From an uncultured Candidatus Saccharibacteria bacterium (GTDB lineage Bacteria > Patescibacteriota > Minisyncoccia > Phycocordibacterales > UBA918): a DNA stretch of 64,000 nt. Numbering within the stretch: the first letter of the stretch is position 1; each line of letters starts with the position of its first letter. The notes beneath the pieces were generated by a model. That model saw only the letters and a program-made list of their open reading frames with translations. It made no database searches and had not been told where the DNA came from. The stretch covers positions 12,595-76,594 of the forward strand of contig CAYXYJ010000003.1 in the NCBI GenBank assembly GCA_964469295.1, written 5' to 3'. Position numbers and translations under genes: made by a program. Shown here one piece after another: positions 63,566-64,000 of this stretch.

Positions 63566-64000
63566 TGAAAACATCAAACATTATATTAGTTCTAGCGGTC
63601 ATCGTGATTCTTGCCGGTGTCGCTTGGCAGCTTATTTTTAAAAAGCCAATTGCCCCGGTTCCGCCGCCAATGCTCGGAGATGCAACCGTAGTTTCGTATC
63701 AGGATGAAACTGGGAGTGTATGGTCATTGGCCTATGCTGGTGACAAAGTGCAGGTGACGATTGATGGTGAGGTTATTACGGCTGAACAAGTAGTGGCGGC
63801 ATCGGGAGCAAAATACGAAGATAAAACTACCCATACGGTAGTGTGGTCAAAAGGAAATGAAGTAACTGTGACCCGGGGTCAGTCCACCTTGTTTGTTGGT
63901 GCCAAGGTCGAAACAGAGACTACTGAATCTACTGACACCGTAGATACTAATGAAACAACGACGAGCGACAGCGAAAACGAAATGTCTGCCGATGAGATTG
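63566..64000 (+). CDS. MliC-like (membrane-bound lysozyme inhibitor) domain protein, C-terminally truncated by window edge
   Basis: Signal/anchor MKTSNIILVLAVIVILAGVAW, then AASGAKYEDKTTHTVVWSKGNEVTV resembling the MliC SGA(R/K)Y...W.KG motif, followed by an acidic T/E-rich tail. Start chosen at ATG 63566 rather than 63558, which gives a short dead-end frame. Confidence 0.45.

Noticed and set aside
1-64000. CRISPR arrays, rRNA genes, transposases/integrases
   Set aside because: There are no regularly spaced direct repeats and no rRNA-like conserved blocks. No DDE, tyrosine or serine recombinase-like ORFs were recognised. The repeated elements found are short palindromic terminators and the giant-gene 3' duplication.

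Overview
The window reads as a gene-dense, moderately AT-rich (~45% GC) bacterial chromosome segment with Patescibacteria/CPR-like properties. Saccharibacteria-like is an inference only. The supporting properties are tRNAs without encoded CCA next to a cca gene, short versions of conserved proteins, many secreted or membrane-anchored hypotheticals, and a chromosomal T4SS-like cluster. Housekeeping content is rich. The replication-origin neighbourhood (rpmH-rnpA-yidC / dnaA-dnaN with DnaA-box-like sites) sits at 34.7-38.4 kb. Other readily recognised genes include rpsO-pnp, cca, xth, uvrD, rsmA, polA, tsaE, ruvA/ruvB/ruvC, yebC, tyrS, PBP1A, comM, a LysM-M23 peptidase, MurE-like ligase, holA, rpsT, cspA and four tRNAs (Pro, Gly, Arg, Lys). 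Three regions look accessory. (1) A small tRNA-bounded islet at 3.2-4.9 kb holds an HTH protein, a cupin and an HExxH protein, with a partial tRNA-Arg 3' copy. (2) A ~12 kb type IV secretion-like cluster at 21.9-33.9 kb has VirB6-like, VirB3-like and VirB4 proteins. VirB4 is split into two ORFs by a frame change. Its pilin-like protein is fused to a large Cys-rich domain. No relaxase or coupling protein is seen. (3) A tandemly duplicated three-gene module at 53.5-62.5 kb repeats twice. Each copy has a small secreted protein gene in a sharply GC-rich (~60-65%) island on the minus strand, a membrane-anchored beta-rich protein and a ~950-aa CARDB-containing surface protein. The two giant genes share a 98-nt perfectly identical 3' end, which suggests gene conversion. 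There are also two unexplained structured non-coding regions. One is 6.56-7.38 kb, which carries a promoter and terminator bracketing a ~370-nt ORF-poor transcript. The other is a ~155-nt element at 45.17-45.33 kb closed by a perfect 16-bp helix. The intergenic spaces also carry a recurring family of GC-rich perfect-palindrome terminators. No CRISPR array, rRNA or clear transposase was seen.
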